Of a DNA stretch of 64,000 bases, positions 34,952 through 48,560 are shown one piece after another. Source of the DNA: Vicugna vicugna (Eukaryota). Positions within the stretch are counted from its first letter, which is position 1; every line of letters starts with the position of its first letter. Where the stretch lies: NCBI GenBank assembly GCA_013265495.1, contig MU058584.1, positions 7,096,407-7,160,406 on the forward strand, given 5' to 3'. The position numbers and the translations under genes are program-made. The notes beneath the pieces were generated by a model. The model was not told the DNA's origin, did not search any database, and worked only from the letters and a program-made list of their open reading frames with translations.

Positions 34952-36013
34952 AAATAATTCATTATTAAGCACCTATTATGTGCTCAAGGCTGTGAGCAAA
35001 CAGGAATGTGTAAGAAATCGACCCCACCCTCAAGGATCTCTCAAGCTGTAAATCTGGGTAAGACTAGTCGAGTAATCTGCATCCTGAAGAAGCCTAGTGA
35101 GGGAGACGTCCCTTGTGAACGGAAAAGGCTTCACCGGGAGCTGTGTTCGTAATGGGACCTAATGAGGTGACATGTTAACAATGGCTCAGGCGGTCGAGTT
35201 GGAACATAGTTACAGGTCTGCACTGGGTTGTGTTTAACAACAAGGCATGAGAAATCACTGTCTGACCCCTGATTGTTTCTCAGGAAACGTGTGTTTTCTT
35301 TGTTGGTGCCTCACAACACCCTTTGACCCAGAGCAGGAAGGAAGGGGAAATCTTAAGTCAGAGAGCCCCATATGTCCAGTGCTTGTCCAGGTGTTCAGGG
35401 CCGTCCAGGTGGAAGCTGGTCCTGGGCACTGGGGCATCCTCTTCTCCCAGTAGTGAGAGTCTTCCAAGGGCAGGACCCAGCAGCTGCAGCCACAAAGTAT
35501 AGCCCAGGAACTTGACCCTGCCTGGAGAGGAAGGATTTTACGGGGCCTGAATGGTATGGGGGGACAGACCTCGTAGGGGTCCTGAGAGCTCCAAATGTCA
35601 TGCTAGCATCTGGATAGTGCCAAACCACACTTAAATCATCACAATAAGACTGCTGGCAATTTTCAGCCTGCAGGTTCCACCACGAGTCCCATGAACATCC
35701 CAGGAAGCCTTATTATATGGCATGTTCAGCTGATTTTCCTCCAGCTGTTGATGGGTAGAATTTCTACAGGGTATTGGTGGGAGGGGGAAGGAATAAGGAG
35801 ATATGAAAGGAAGCCCAGAAAGAAAAGGTGAGACCCCCTCAAAAGACCAAACAGTTTGAAAAAGAGCATCAGGCCTGTGTTACAAAGGCCATGATAGATC
35901 AGGTGGAAGAACGAGGCTTGGGAGGACAGTGATTTCTAATGACTTCTAACCAATCAGGGGCTGGGATACAGTGCTGGTGTATGCAGTACTTTACAAAATT
36001 GTTACTCTTGTTT

Positions 36014-36078
36014 AACATGATGCTGTACACCAGAAATTGATGCAACATTGTAACTGATTACACTTTAAGAAAAAATTT
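36014..36078 (+). mobile_element. Short 5'-truncated L1 3' tail
   Basis: tgctgtacaccagaaattgatgcaacattgtaactgattacactttaagaaaaaa. Confidence 0.65.
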
Positions 36079-37135
36079 ATATTTATTTTATATTCAAAAT
36101 AATTAAAATTAGTTCTCTTTTGAGATTTTTCTTGGAATTCCTTAAGAAAACTGGACCTATTAAAGGATGTAGGGTCCCTGCCAGCAGACCCAGCTGATCT
36201 GAATATATTCAGTGTCCTTTGTGCCTTTTAATGATCTCTTATTTCACCCTTTGTTCTTTCGTCTTTCCCTTAAAAGTCAGATTTAATCCAGTCAATTTTG
36301 TCTCCTGGCACAAGGACATGTCATGAACATGTTCAGCCACCTCATCACCCTCTGTTATTAAAACCTACCCCACACCCATTTGCTTCCTGCATCTGGAATT
36401 TTGATTTTGCTGTTACGTTTATGTCCTTCACCTGCCTTACTTAGTCCTGACTCACCTCCACACAGTGATGCTGTCTGTTTTTTGTTTTCTTTTTTTTTTT
36501 TAAATACTGATCCACTTTAGGATCTACTCAGATCATGCTTTTTATGTTTTTCTTATTTGTCTTTCAAGTTTACGTGAAAGTTCCTTCCTAAAGAACAGGT
36601 ACCTAATTGTCAATTTGGAAATGTCCTTTTTCTGAGTTGTTTTCCTTATTCATTGACCTCTGGCTCTCATCATTTTTTTCCCCTAAAATTAAAAAGAAAG
36701 GAAAAGTTTGTTTTCCATCATTATCTGCTCTCCTGGAATTTTCCCATGGACAAGCGTCGTAAGTCAGTCATGTTTCCCTCTCTTAGCTCCCTGACGGACT
36801 TACCTTATGGGAGCTCATGTTTCCTGAAGTACAGCTTCTGTCCAGAGGGACCATCAGACACAGCACTTTCCTGGAGCTGACACTCTTGTCCCCATTCTTC
36901 CTTACTCTGCTAAAGACATACATCTGACTAAGGGTCGAAGAGTTTACAGGACACATTCACACAACACATCTTATTTAACTTCTCACAATGACCCTGAGGC
37001 GAGCTGCGCAAAGTTCATAGTTTCCTCTTTTATGAGTGAAGAAACTTTAGATCAGGGTGATTAACTGATTCCTTCAAGAACACATAGCTGGGAAATGGGA
37101 CTAACCTGAATGCTAGCCTTCAATTCCACTCCTTC

Positions 37136-37783
37136 TGTTGCCAGTAGATGTAGCCAGTGTCCAGGTTCTTGTCCCAGAAAGAATTCAGAGACAAGACGCA
37201 GAGTTTAAGGAAGTAAAGTGGGGATGTATTAAGGGATGGACAGTATACTCTCAAGGGGAGAACCTGCAGCCAGGCTCAGGTGAGCAGCTGCCCTGAGTTT
37301 AAGTTGGTTACATAGGGTGTAACAATAAATGGGTGGAATATTCACTGGGGAGGGAAGAGTTTGAGGTCATATTCCCTGATTTACATCCCAACTCCACCTT
37401 CCCGAAGGAAGGAGGGACTTTTGTCCTTATCTAGTCTGGATCGGAAGTGTCATGGCATCAGTGCATGATGGGTACCTCTAATCTGCAAGGCTAATTTTAT
37501 TGTAATGAGGGCATAATGAGCAAAAGGTTACATTCGGACACTGGAGATTCCTGCTTTTTCCCACCTTTTTTTGTCAGCCTCCAGGCCTCTTGTCACCCCA
37601 AAAGGTGGGATCACTTATCAGCCCAGAGGTTCGAGCTTTTCTTTCTCTGCCCAGGACCCCTGGTGCTTATATGATGTGTGGTTTCCTGCATTTGGCTTGT
37701 GCCCCTCCTTTCTGCCCAATTCCTGCCATTTGGCCTGCGTCCCCCTTTCTCTGCTCCTATCTAGCCCTCTGCCTGCTCTAACA
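37136..37783 (-). mobile_element. ERV1-type solo LTR
   Basis: TG...CA ends, near-TSD cttc/ctcc, shares motifs with the LTR at 34425. Confidence 0.7.
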
Positions 37784-38042
37784 CTCCCAGATTTAACGGT
37801 TTCTCAGGGAAGGCCTAAAGAATGAACTTTACAAAAGCTCTTCAGAGCTTTCCCCTCCACCCAGCCTATCGACTGGCAACCTGAAGACTAGATTTGCCCG
37901 AACCTCTATGGGGATGTCGGCTTTGGGTTCACGCGGGGAGGGGGATTCTGTGTCCCCTACTGCATGGGACCAGATCAGAGTGGCGAGCCTGTGCACCCTG
38001 CGACGTTACCGGGGAGTCCCGGGCTGACCCCGAGGGCCGTCT

Positions 38043-38061
38043 GAGCGCCCCCTGAGGCTGC
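38043..38061 (-). promoter_or_regulatory. CTCF motif (GCAGCCTCAGGGGGCGCTC on - strand)
   Basis: Consensus match in a CpG-rich patch. Confidence 0.5.
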
Positions 38062-38445
38062 GTGGGGGCTGCTGGTGTGGCTCTTCCGTGGGCTGAGTAC
38101 AGACATTCTCCTGCTTTTGATTCTCCTTTAAGTTTCCTCAAAGAGAAAAGATAAAGGAAACAGTGTTTGTGTGTGTTGGGGGGGGGGTCAGGAAGGAGAC
38201 TACGATATGTCTTCTCCTTAACCGAAACAGACCTTTTGAAAATTGTCCGCGCGCACTGTCCTCGCTGCTTCTCAGGAGCTGTGAAGCCCCACCCACGACG
38301 GCTCTGCGCTGTTCTCCCCGGAATCCTCCTGCTGACGTCAGCTTTCAGCCGGCCCCTCGGGCCAGCCCAGGCCTGAGCCTGCCTGCCAGCATGTGGCCTT
38401 TCAGCTCTGCCTACCGACTAGTCTCTGTTTCCCAAACCACATTCC

Positions 38446-38586
38446 ATTTTTTTTAAGGTTTTGGTTTTTTTTGTGGGGGAGGGATAATTAGATTTTTAAT
38501 TTATTCCTAATGGAGGTCCTGGAGCTTGAACCCTGGACCTTGTGCATGCTAAGCACATGCTCTACCTCTGCACTATACCCTTCCCA
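38446..38586 (-). mobile_element. tRNA-derived SINE (vic-1 type)
   Basis: TSD ccaaaccacattc at 38432-38444 and 38587-38599. Confidence 0.9.
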
Positions 38587-41474
38587 CCAAACCACATTCT
38601 TGAGAGAGATTTGATTGGCTGAGCTCCTTCTTTCAAGAGGACTACACCAGTCAGAGGTTGTCCGGTAGCCCATTGAAGTTCTGCCCTTGGGACAGAAACT
38701 CAACCTTAATCCATTCAGTTATGTTTTGTGGAGGGGGACGAGGGGGCTATTTCGATTAGAAAAGCCTACGGGCAAAAAAGATTCCCTTAGAAGGAGGTGG
38801 GGGTTGAGAGGAGATCATGAGCAACTCTGTGCAGAGCCACAAAGTAACCTCTTCCTCACCGTGTTTAAGCAAGGTTTCTTACCATGGAAGGAAAAATGGT
38901 GGGACAGGCATTCAATAACCATCCTAGGGCCTTCTCTGTGCCCTGTGCCGTGCTCGGCATGGGGAAGGTTTTTCAGAGTTAGGGGTTATGGGGAAGATGA
39001 GACAACTTCCTGATGACTCACGCTTCCCCTCTCACCCACCCAGAGGGAAAAAAGAAAAATCGTGTACACAGCGGCCACATAGCAACAGCATAGTTACAAG
39101 AGACTTTCATGGGTTTTTCTGAGACCCTACTTATTATTTACATTTTTCTATGGGAAAATGCTGAGTTCTCATGACTTGCATCAAAGAAGGAGAAACATAC
39201 TTCTTTTTAAAATGCACTCAAAGACTAATATTGGGGGACGATGAAGAGCGAGAGATGAGTAGTCATTCCAGTTGGGTGGGAGTTAGAGCCTGGGACCTTT
39301 ATGGCTCAGGAGTCCATGTGTCAATGTGCATTTTCTCAATCAATAATATTACAAGTCCAGTCATTATTCATGAATTGTTTTGACGTTTGCCATAGCTTCT
39401 CAGGTGCTAAAAGTTTATCAGTTACTGGTGGAGCATGATCCACTTATGATCTTTGGGCTGGAGTCAAGGGGATTCTTGGTCTATTGTTAATTAAATAAAT
39501 GGTCAGCCCTCAGTGGCGGGAGTCTCAGATGTCACAGCCACACTGTGGGACTGAGCTGGGTGTGTAAACACACACGAGCAAAAGCTGTGGGCTTTTGAAA
39601 GTTTGCAAATAGACACTATGTTGCATTACCTCTTTGACTACTACCTCGTACCTAAACATTTTTTTTAAATTTACTAACTCATTTTCGTTTTGAACCTTAC
39701 GACCATCCTGAGAGATAAGTACGGTTAGCCTCATCTTGCAAAGGAGGAAACTGGAAATGAAGTGACTTGTCAATCCACGGATGGGTTAAAACAGTCTAGC
39801 TCACACAAACCCCCATAACATCTCCCACACCCTCCCATGCTGCCACTTACCCCAACTCTGTTCCTCCTCATCAAAATGATTTAAAAATGAAACAATTTAG
39901 CGCTGATCTGTATTAAGTTTATACTTATTTTTCCTGGCAGATCATTAGTATACATTTTACTTTCACAGCAAAGCAGAATGTTTTCGATAGAAAACGATAC
40001 AATGTTATCCAAGTATTCCTATCGTATTGCTTTTAGTCCATGAGTGGCAGATTAACAATCAACCTGAACTTGTTTTAAGTGATTATTAAATAACTCATCT
40101 TAAAATTTTATTCAGCTTCTTCTAATCATTTTATTTATTCCTTATATTTCTGCTCTTTAAAAGTCAAGAAAGAGGATGAGACCTAGAAATCCCCACCTGG
40201 TCTGTTCACTCCTATGTCAACGGGGGACACTGGTCAGCTGGCCATGCCTCAGTTTCTCTGGATTTAAAATGCCTCGGAAAGTTCTTGTGACGATCAGATG
40301 ACAAATTAGCAAAAGAGCCTTGAGAGCGTGACATCAGGATTTTTAGTGCTCGTTAATACTCATCTTCACCCCTAGTGGAGCAAAGGGACCCCCTAAGGAT
40401 GAAAGCTTCTCCTGAATTCATTTTATAAGACATTGTTGGATGACACAGGGATTAAGGATCATGTCCTGATAAAACGGCCCTGATTACAGCCTAGGTCATT
40501 TACATATCGAGCCTTATCTGCACTTCAACCACCTCACTAGATACTTAGTCATTTCCCCACAGGATTTCGGATGCATCCAGTGTCTGAGTCTCTAAGAAAG
40601 ACCCATTGGTAAATAAGGAAGCTGGGATGTGAACCCAGCTCTTCCCCAGGGCCTGGGCTCCCTGAGTGACGGGTTAGTTCTTCTTTATTTGAGTGAAGTT
40701 AAGTACACTTTCCAGTCGATAATTCCTCAGTGTGACATGTATCATTAAAGAGAGGGATTTCATTACTGGAATATTTTCATCCATTTATTTCCTTTCTGAA
40801 TTCTTTTATTTCCCAGGGAACAGAAAATCTCTTTCCTGCCAATCAGTTAAATCCATGTAACAGATTTCAGTAAGCATGATTCAAAGGGTTTTTAATGAAG
40901 AAACCCATTATATTTTATTTTATTTTTAAAGGTGGAATTGTAATCTCCCACCAGGAAAACCGAGTGAATGAGAACGCCAAGGAGGCAGACACACACATTC
41001 CCTTAATGTTGGCAACCTGGCTTTAAGTGAGAACAGTCTGTCCTTTAAAAACCCAGTGCTGGTAGGTTATGTCCAAAGCTCAGAGGGGAAAATTGTCTCA
41101 AAAGATAGAACTATCTTCTTTGTGGCTTTTGCCCTGTGGAAAAGTGGAAGAACATCAAATGTGGACAATTAGGAAATGACTTTCTATCGATGACCCCTGA
41201 GCATCCAGCTGGGAATTCTGTGCCTTGCAGATTATCTCTGGATATATTTCGGGTCCAGCGAGCTTCCTAAGCCAGCTCCAGATCTTCAGGCAACTTTTCC
41301 ACAAAATCTAGCTAGCCTGTGGTCAGGGAAGTCAGAGTCATTTTACTATTAGCAGCAGCACGACTGGATAAAAAGGTGAGTCTGCTAAAAACAGAACAAA
41401 CAAAACCCGAAACCCAGAATATAGTGCAGCCCACGTTAAATATAACTTTCAATTCTGTGTCAGCCCCTGCTGTT

Positions 41475-41699
41475 TTCTTCAAGACCATTCGGGCTGCTGT
41501 TTTCTTTGTTTCTGTGTGCCCCCACTTCCCTAGTCAGTAACTGCTTGAATCTGCTCTTTGGAACTCAGGAAAAGTCTAGGAGACTAAAGCCTTTTTCTAC
41601 AAGCAAGAAACAGGGAACAATGAACACTGAACACTGAAAGGGTTTTTTTGTTGTTGTTTTTTAACCCAGGAGGACCCCACAGGGTCCTGCTTGGTTTCA
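41475..41699. mobile_element. ERV LTR fragment
   Basis: gtaactgcttgaatctgctctttggaactcagg...cccaggaggaccccacagggtcctgcttggtttca. Confidence 0.55.
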
Positions 41700-41711
41700 A
41701 TACCTCCCCCG

Positions 41712-41945
41712 TTTTTTTTTGCATTTTCTTTTTTTTTTTTAATTGAAGTAGAGTCGATTCACAATGTTGTGTTAGTTTCTGGTGTACAGCATAGTGATTC
41801 AATTATACACATATGTATCTTTGTCATATTCTCTTATAGGTCATTATAAGCTATTGAATGCAGTTCCCTATGCTACATAGTAGGACCTTGCTGTTTATCT
41901 GTTCTGTAAACAGTAGTTTGTATCTGCTAATCCCAAACTCCCACA
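41712..41945 (-). mobile_element. L1 3' end
   Basis: Poly(T), then aattgaagtagagtcgattcacaatgttgtgttagtttctggtgtacagcatagtgattc. Confidence 0.85.
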
Positions 41946-42045
41946 CACACACTCTACTTTTTAATACTCCTCAATCTTAAAGGGAACAGGTGCAAGACAG
42001 GAAAGGGAATAAAGTTTTGTATAGAAGGTTAATCATAAACTGATC

Positions 42046-42190
42046 GGGGGGAGGGTACAGCTCAAGTGGCTGAGCACATGCCTAGCATGAAGGAGGTCCT
42101 GGATTCAATCCCCAGTACTTCCTCTAAAAGATAAATAAGTAAACCTAATTACCCCCCAAATAAATAAATTTAAAAAATAAATTAAAAAAA
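42046..42190 (+). mobile_element. tRNA-derived SINE (vic-1 type)
   Basis: TSD ataaactgatc at 42035-42045 and 42191-42201. Confidence 0.9.
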
Positions 42191-43244
42191 ATAAACTGAT
42201 CAGACAAACTCCGTTTTAGAGGGGACTCGGTTTCACAATCCGAGTCACAACAGCCCGGGTGTCCTGCCAAAGCAAAGCATTGTCTTCTTCTCAGACCCAC
42301 TCCCATCCCCACAGCTCTCCTGCAGTCCTTTCAGAACCTGCTCCCCCTGCCAGGGAGCCTACAGCCATTAAAGGCACTACCTTCCTCCTAGTCGTGGAGC
42401 CAACACCTGCTCTCTTTGACTTTTATCTCCTTTGCCCTCTGTAGAATCAGTTGCCAAGTTGTGATGTTCCTGCCTTCAGAATGACTCCTGGAGTTCTCCA
42501 CCTCAAGTGCATTTATTTCTCTACGGGCTTCTCAGGGTGTCTCCTCAGCCTAGTCTCCCTCCCTTTCCTCTCATCCTATCTCCTGCCATCAGGCTGATAT
42601 CCCTACTCCCTACCTTCCTGCCATCAGCTTCCTGCTGAAAAAACACAGTGGATCCCTATTGCTTAGAGAATGAGACTCCCACCCTGGTTCCTTAAAGGGG
42701 CACCTGGACTTGAAGTCAGAAGACTTAGTGCAAGTAACAGCTCTGTTCCTTGGTAAGCTGGGGCGCCTTAGGTAATTTGCTTAACCTCTCTGAATTTTAA
42801 TTTTCCTCTCTGTGAAAGGGGTCATATTTACCTCACTGTCTACAGCATAGGCTTGTTACCAGGTCCAAAGGAAAGATGAATGCAATAATCACTCTTTGAG
42901 GTACTCACCGCCTTCACCCTGGCCACTGCCACCAAGTAATCAGAGGCTTGGAAAGGAAATAAGATGCTCTGCCCACATCCTTGACCCCAGACAAACACAT
43001 CTTCCTCCTGCTGCTCTCCAGCTTCTTGCTTGGCTGTGCAGACCCTACCCACTCTGCAGAGTCCAGCTCAGTCTTCTTTCACTGAACTCCTGTTCAAAGG
43101 ATGAAACACACACATCCCTTCTCTGTGCTTAAAGATGATGGCAGACATCCCAAATTGTTCTTGAATCTTTCTCTGTACATTAGTGTTATCACATCAACTC
43201 GATGGCAAGTTACAATTCACTTTATATGTTAGGGAGTAATTATA

Positions 43245-43480
43245 TCTCACCATGCACTGAGTGTCTACTATGTGTCAGTCATTGTGCTGTGTACTTGACA
43301 CGCATTGTTTTAACCTCACTCCGTCCTGCAAGGCAGATGTTCCCAGTCCCCAATTTATTGGTGAGGAATCCGAGGTTCAGAAATGACAAGAAATCTGCTC
43401 AAGGTCATGTACCTAGAAAATTGTGGAGCCAGGATTCGGACAGATGGCCCTCTGGCTCTTAACCTCATGCTCAACCTCTA
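43245..43480 (-). mobile_element. MIR SINE relic
   Basis: cactgagtgtctactatgtgtcag...gtgaggaatccgaggttcagaaatgacaag...ggagccaggattcgga. Confidence 0.65.
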
Positions 43481-44179
43481 CACCACGTGGTTGCTTTGCC
43501 CTGCCCTCCCCCTCCCCCACGACTGTGGTCAGGTGGGCAAGTGTTGACCTAGGCTGTGTATGCAGCTAGGTCAAGGATGAACAGAGAAAAGTGAACTGAA
43601 CTGGCCAAAAAAATAAAAGTTAATATCTAAGGTTTATTACTGTTTTAAGATGGAAAAAACTTGATGTGTTTATATGCTAAAGGGAAAGCGCCAACAGAAC
43701 AAAAGTGTAAGTATTGATGGAATAACAGTTGACAGTTGTTAAGCATAGCCAGGTGCCAGGGGCCATGCTAAGCACTTGAGCAGAATTACATCACTAATCT
43801 TTCATAACACACTTATGATGTAGGGACTGTTATGATCGTGATATTTTACAGATGAAAAAAGTGAGGTTTTGTCCAAGATCACCCAACGAGGGTGATTTAA
43901 ATAGAGGGGATTTGAACTGCGGTGCTCGGGAATGCAGAGGTGGATGCCTATCCTGGTATGGAAGCCAAGTCTTTATTTACATGAGCTCCGACACCTTCGG
44001 CATCCCTCAGGGTAGGTAGGTAAGTAACTCAGTCCCAATTTTAAAAGTGAGAAAACAGCCTCCATGGCTAGTGCTTTGCTCAAGGTCTTTATCTTTCCTC
44101 TTTAAAAGTCATGAATGATGCTAAATGTGGGGCTCTGCATCCTCAAGTCATTATCAGCATTTGTTTCCAATGCCTCTCT

Positions 44180-44283
44180 TTTTTAAATTAAAAAAAAATT
44201 TTTTTTTAAACAGAGATCCTGAGGATCGAACCCAGGACCTCACACATGCTAAGCACCTTACCACTGAGCTGTATCCTCATCCA
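44180..44283 (-). mobile_element. tRNA-derived SINE (vic-1 type, diverged)
   Basis: ggatcgaacccaggacctcacacatgctaagcaccttaccactgagctgtatcc. Confidence 0.8.
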
Positions 44284-45584
44284 GGGAAGTGGAATGAGAA
44301 TTCCTAGCTCAGGAAATGATGTTCTTGGAGCAATAGTTGAGGATTGATTGGCTGCACCACCTTCCTAAAGAGGTTTGACTCAACTGTTGTGACTGATACT
44401 GGCAATCATACCTTTGCTTTTGACAGTGGAACTCTTAATTCAACTTTTAATGATATAAGTATGGTACAGTTTATAACACCCGTTTCACTGAATAAAGCAA
44501 CTAATTTTTTTTTGTATTTCTCTTTTAAAGCTTTCAATGCACATTATATTTTGGTTTAATCATCAAGAGTTTCTGAAAATAATCAGTAGCAAATAATTGA
44601 AAAAAATGTTGAAAAAGCATAGAAAATGTAATATAAAACTTTGATGAATGAGATGCTCGGAGAGAAAAGAAAAGGATCCTATGTAGAGAAGGACAGTCCG
44701 CATGTTATTAATTTTATATTTAATTGACTAGCAACTAGTATCTGAAATGTTTGTGTTGGTTCCCAGTTTCCAAAGCACAGTCCCATGTACACCTCATTTG
44801 CCCTTCACAACAACTGGAATTTCAGTTAGGAGTGCCTTCATCTACAAGTAACAGGAAACTTGGCTTAGATTGTTTTTCTCATTTAACAAGAGGCTGGGAA
44901 GTGGCATTCTGGAATTGGGGTGGGGGTGCCTCACTGTCATCAAGGATCCATGTTCCTCTTCCCCTGCACCATTCTAAGAATGCTGGCCTCCTCGCTGACT
45001 CTCTGACACTATGTGTCAGCTGCTCCAGGCATCACGTATACTTTCAAGGCTGGGAGATGGAGGAAGGGAAGGAGCAGGCACCAGGGACATCTTTGCTTTT
45101 ATTAGAAAAGCAAAAACTTTCCCAACAGACCTTTCATTGGCCAGAACTGTGTCACTCAGCATCCTAGCTGCAAAGCAAAGTGGGAGAGCAATGATTTAGC
45201 TCTTCCAGGCTCTCTATCGTGGAGATGAGCAAAAGGGAAGCATTTTGACATGGCAGTCTGCTTAGCCACCCAACAGTGTGGGTCACACAGTGCTGTTTTC
45301 ATCTCCGTTTACAGATGGGAAAGCTCGTGTGCATACTGATCACTCAGTCACAAAGGCACAGAGCCGGGGCACAGACTTAGGTCCCTTGATTCCAGCACCC
45401 GTGTAATTTCCACTGTACCACTCAGTCTCTCTAAATTCCTCTGTAGGAAAATATGGCAGGACGAGGACAACTCTCAAAAGTGTAGAGCAATATTCTAAAC
45501 AGATCAATTTTAAACCAGTAGCTTTACATCAATATATATGATACCTCTATTATTGCTGTTTAGTAAACATCATTATTATTTCAT

Positions 45585-45686
45585 TTTACTTTCTTTTCTT
45601 CTTTTAATGGAGGTCCTGGGGATTGAACCATGGAGCTCATACATGTTAAGCATGCTCTCTACACTGAGCTAGGTATACCCTCCCCT
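45585..45686 (-). mobile_element. tRNA-derived SINE (vic-1 type, diverged)
   Basis: aatggaggtcctggggattgaacc...catgttaagcatgctctctacactgagcta. Confidence 0.8.
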
Positions 45687-46059
45687 CTTTATTATTCCAC
45701 TTTATAAATGTGGGTAAAAACTAAGCTTTAATGATACCGACTGAAGCGTTGTTTATAATGGCAAAACACTGCCGGGAAACCCTTAATTTTCAATGAGGGG
45801 GGTTGGTTGAAAAAAGCATACACCATAAAATAGAACAGTCAGAAATAAAGTTTCAGAAGAATATTGATATTTATAATATTTTATTAAATGAAATAATTAA
45901 ATTATAAAGCTATTTGTACAATGCGATCCTAAGTTTATAAATCTATATTTTATATGTAAAAGCTAGACATAAATATAGCAAAATATTCGTAGCAATTATA
46001 TTTAGGTGATGAGGTTACATGATATTTCAGTTTTTGTCTTTGTATTTTTTGCAGTATAA

Positions 46060-46525
46060 TTTAATTTTTAAAAGTCAGGCTATTGAAGTATAGTTTTCAT
46101 ACATAAAATTCACCCATTTTATGTCTGTGAGTTTTGACAAATACACACAATTATATATATCCAACACTGTAATTAAAATGCAGAATATTTCTTTTGTCCT
46201 CCAAAAATTCCCCTTGTACCCTTCTTTGGTTAAGCCATTTCTCCTTTTCATTGACGTTGGCAACGCTGACCTGACTGATGTCCCTAGAGTTTTGCCTTTT
46301 CAAGAATGTCAAAAAAGTGAAAATATGTGATATGCAGCCTTTTGTTTTTGGCTTCTATCAATTGGCAGGAATGTCTTTGAGATCATCCATGCTGTTGCAT
46401 GTATCAGAATTTCATTTCTTTTTATTACTGAGTAATATTTCATAGTACAGAGGTACCAAGATATGTTTATGCTTTTACCTACCACTTGGTAGACACTTGG
46501 GTTGTTTTCTGTTTGGACTAATAGC
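46060..46525 (-). mobile_element. L1 (L1MB-like) 3' fragment
   Basis: tattgaagtatagttttcatacataaaattcacccatttt...gagatcatccatgctgttgcatgtatcag. Confidence 0.8.
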
Positions 46526-47559
46526 AACGTATTAATTTACTAGGACTACCATAATGAAAGAACCACAAACTGGGTGGCTTAAACAACAGAAATGTGTTGT
46601 CTAACAGTGAAAAAAGTGACAGGAGAAAAAAACAATTCACCAATGCAAGGAAATGAAAGGAAGCTTGAGTTTGTTTTCTGAGAAGCCTCCTGAGAAATTG
46701 AAATTATCTTTCACCTTGCACAGATTTGAGGGTTGAATTGACACTCCCTGAGTGGTCCAGAGGCCCCCCCCAAGGTGAATCCCTGATAATACTCTTGGAG
46801 GATTTCTCTTTGGCATTCAGCTTTGCAGAAATGCTGTGAAACTGGAAAGCAAATTTTATGGGATTCCTACAGGAAAAAAAATCCCTACTAAATACAATTT
46901 ACCGGTAAAAATGTATAAGACAAGGCAGAACCCATTAGGCCAACCACGGATGTCTGCCTAGGTTGTGTGCTGCACACGGCAGTGGCACGTGGACGAAGAT
47001 GAGAACGGAGCCCCTGGAGCTGTGTGTTGTGGTGGCCCCAGAAACCATCTGCCATCAGCAAGAACCAGCAGGCGCTGCAACCGGGGGAGGAGAGCTCAAG
47101 ATCTTCATATGATTGTATTAACAAGATACCTCTTAACTAAAAATGTCTTAACTAAAAGCAGGCATTGTAAAAATAATCAAAGACTTGAAAGAAAGACTTG
47201 AAACCCTAAGAAAATAATGAGATATTATTTTTTTAAAAAGAACAAGCAGATATGAAAAATAAATATAATATAACTTCAAAAAATGAAAAATATGGTCAAA
47301 TATATGGGTTAAACAGCAAACAGACATAGATGAAGAGAGAGCTAAGGAGCTGGGAAGTAAATTGGAAAATATTCCAAGATGGCACCGCAGGGGAGTAAAG
47401 AGATGAAAACTAGTATAGAAATTAAGGGGTTTGGGAAAAGCTGACATGATCTTTCAAGATGCAGCTTCTTAGCACATTTTTCTTGATGGAAAAGAGACTA
47501 TTATAAGGCAATAATTTCTTCAGTCTTCTTCATTGGGGGAACTAAAAAAAAAAAGAAAA

Positions 47560-48560
47560 TTACATAGAGAAAGTCTTAGGAAGAGATCTGGACTCTAGGA
47601 CTCTCAGGAGGCAACCCCAGGAAAGGGGCTTTTATTGGAGAATTAGAATTCATAGAAAGGTGATTGAATGAAGACTATAGTTGCTGTGAAGGCAGATGTA
47701 ATTAGGACAGACAGAAGCTATGTTTAGGCATCTGATATCCAAAATCTAAATGGAAGAAGTTAAAAAAATAAATCTTCATGGGAGAACAGAAGAAATAAGA
47801 GTTAAATGGTGATATTTAATGCTTGAGTTCCATACGAGAAGCCAGCCGAACTTGCACCCTGGTGAATATATTTCCTTAAGTCTTACTCCAAATATTTATT
47901 TATATTAAGCAAAATAGTTACAGGAGACGTAGGAAAGTTATGCTCATGTTTATACTTTTTGTTGTTAAATCACCCTGAGTATTTCAGCCACATCTGGAGC
48001 AAATTTACAGCTGGGGACCACCGCCAAATAAAAGGGTCCAATATTTACTTGGAAATAGCAACTACAATCGCAAACAGAATGCCAAGAAGGAAGTCATCAA
48101 TCTCTTTAGAGCTGACTTGTATCTTCAATTATTACAGTACAATAAGTATCTGATCACAGTTCCCTTTCAGAAATAAGACAAACTACTGATGAATGGGCAA
48201 AGGCAGCAGGCCCTGTGGATTAGATGGAGGACGAAGGCCTTTGGTCAGAAACGACCTGTTTACAAACACAGGACTGGGATGCTTTTGGAGGTTGCCAAGC
48301 ACCAATGGCCTTCAACCAGGCTTTCTTGTCATAAAATAAGGAAGGAGGAAATCATTCCAAATTTTAAAAGTAGATTTGGTAAAACTGTTAACAGCATGCT
48401 TCTGGGAAAGCTATTTTCTTCCCCCGCTAACTTCCCCCCTTAAGTAGGGCATACTGTTCAGAATTCAAAACTGACTGGCCAAGTTTCTAGGATAAACAAG
48501 ACTTTGTGGCTCTAGAATGAGCCCTGTCTTGAAATGTGATTTAATTTGGAAATAGGGGTG
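47560..48560 (+). mobile_element. Possible decayed ERV internal (gag-like) remnant
   Basis: ORF 48189-48443 contains EIIPNFKSRF, fitting the E-x4-F-x2-R-hydrophobic core of the Gag major homology region; no intact ORF. Confidence 0.35.
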
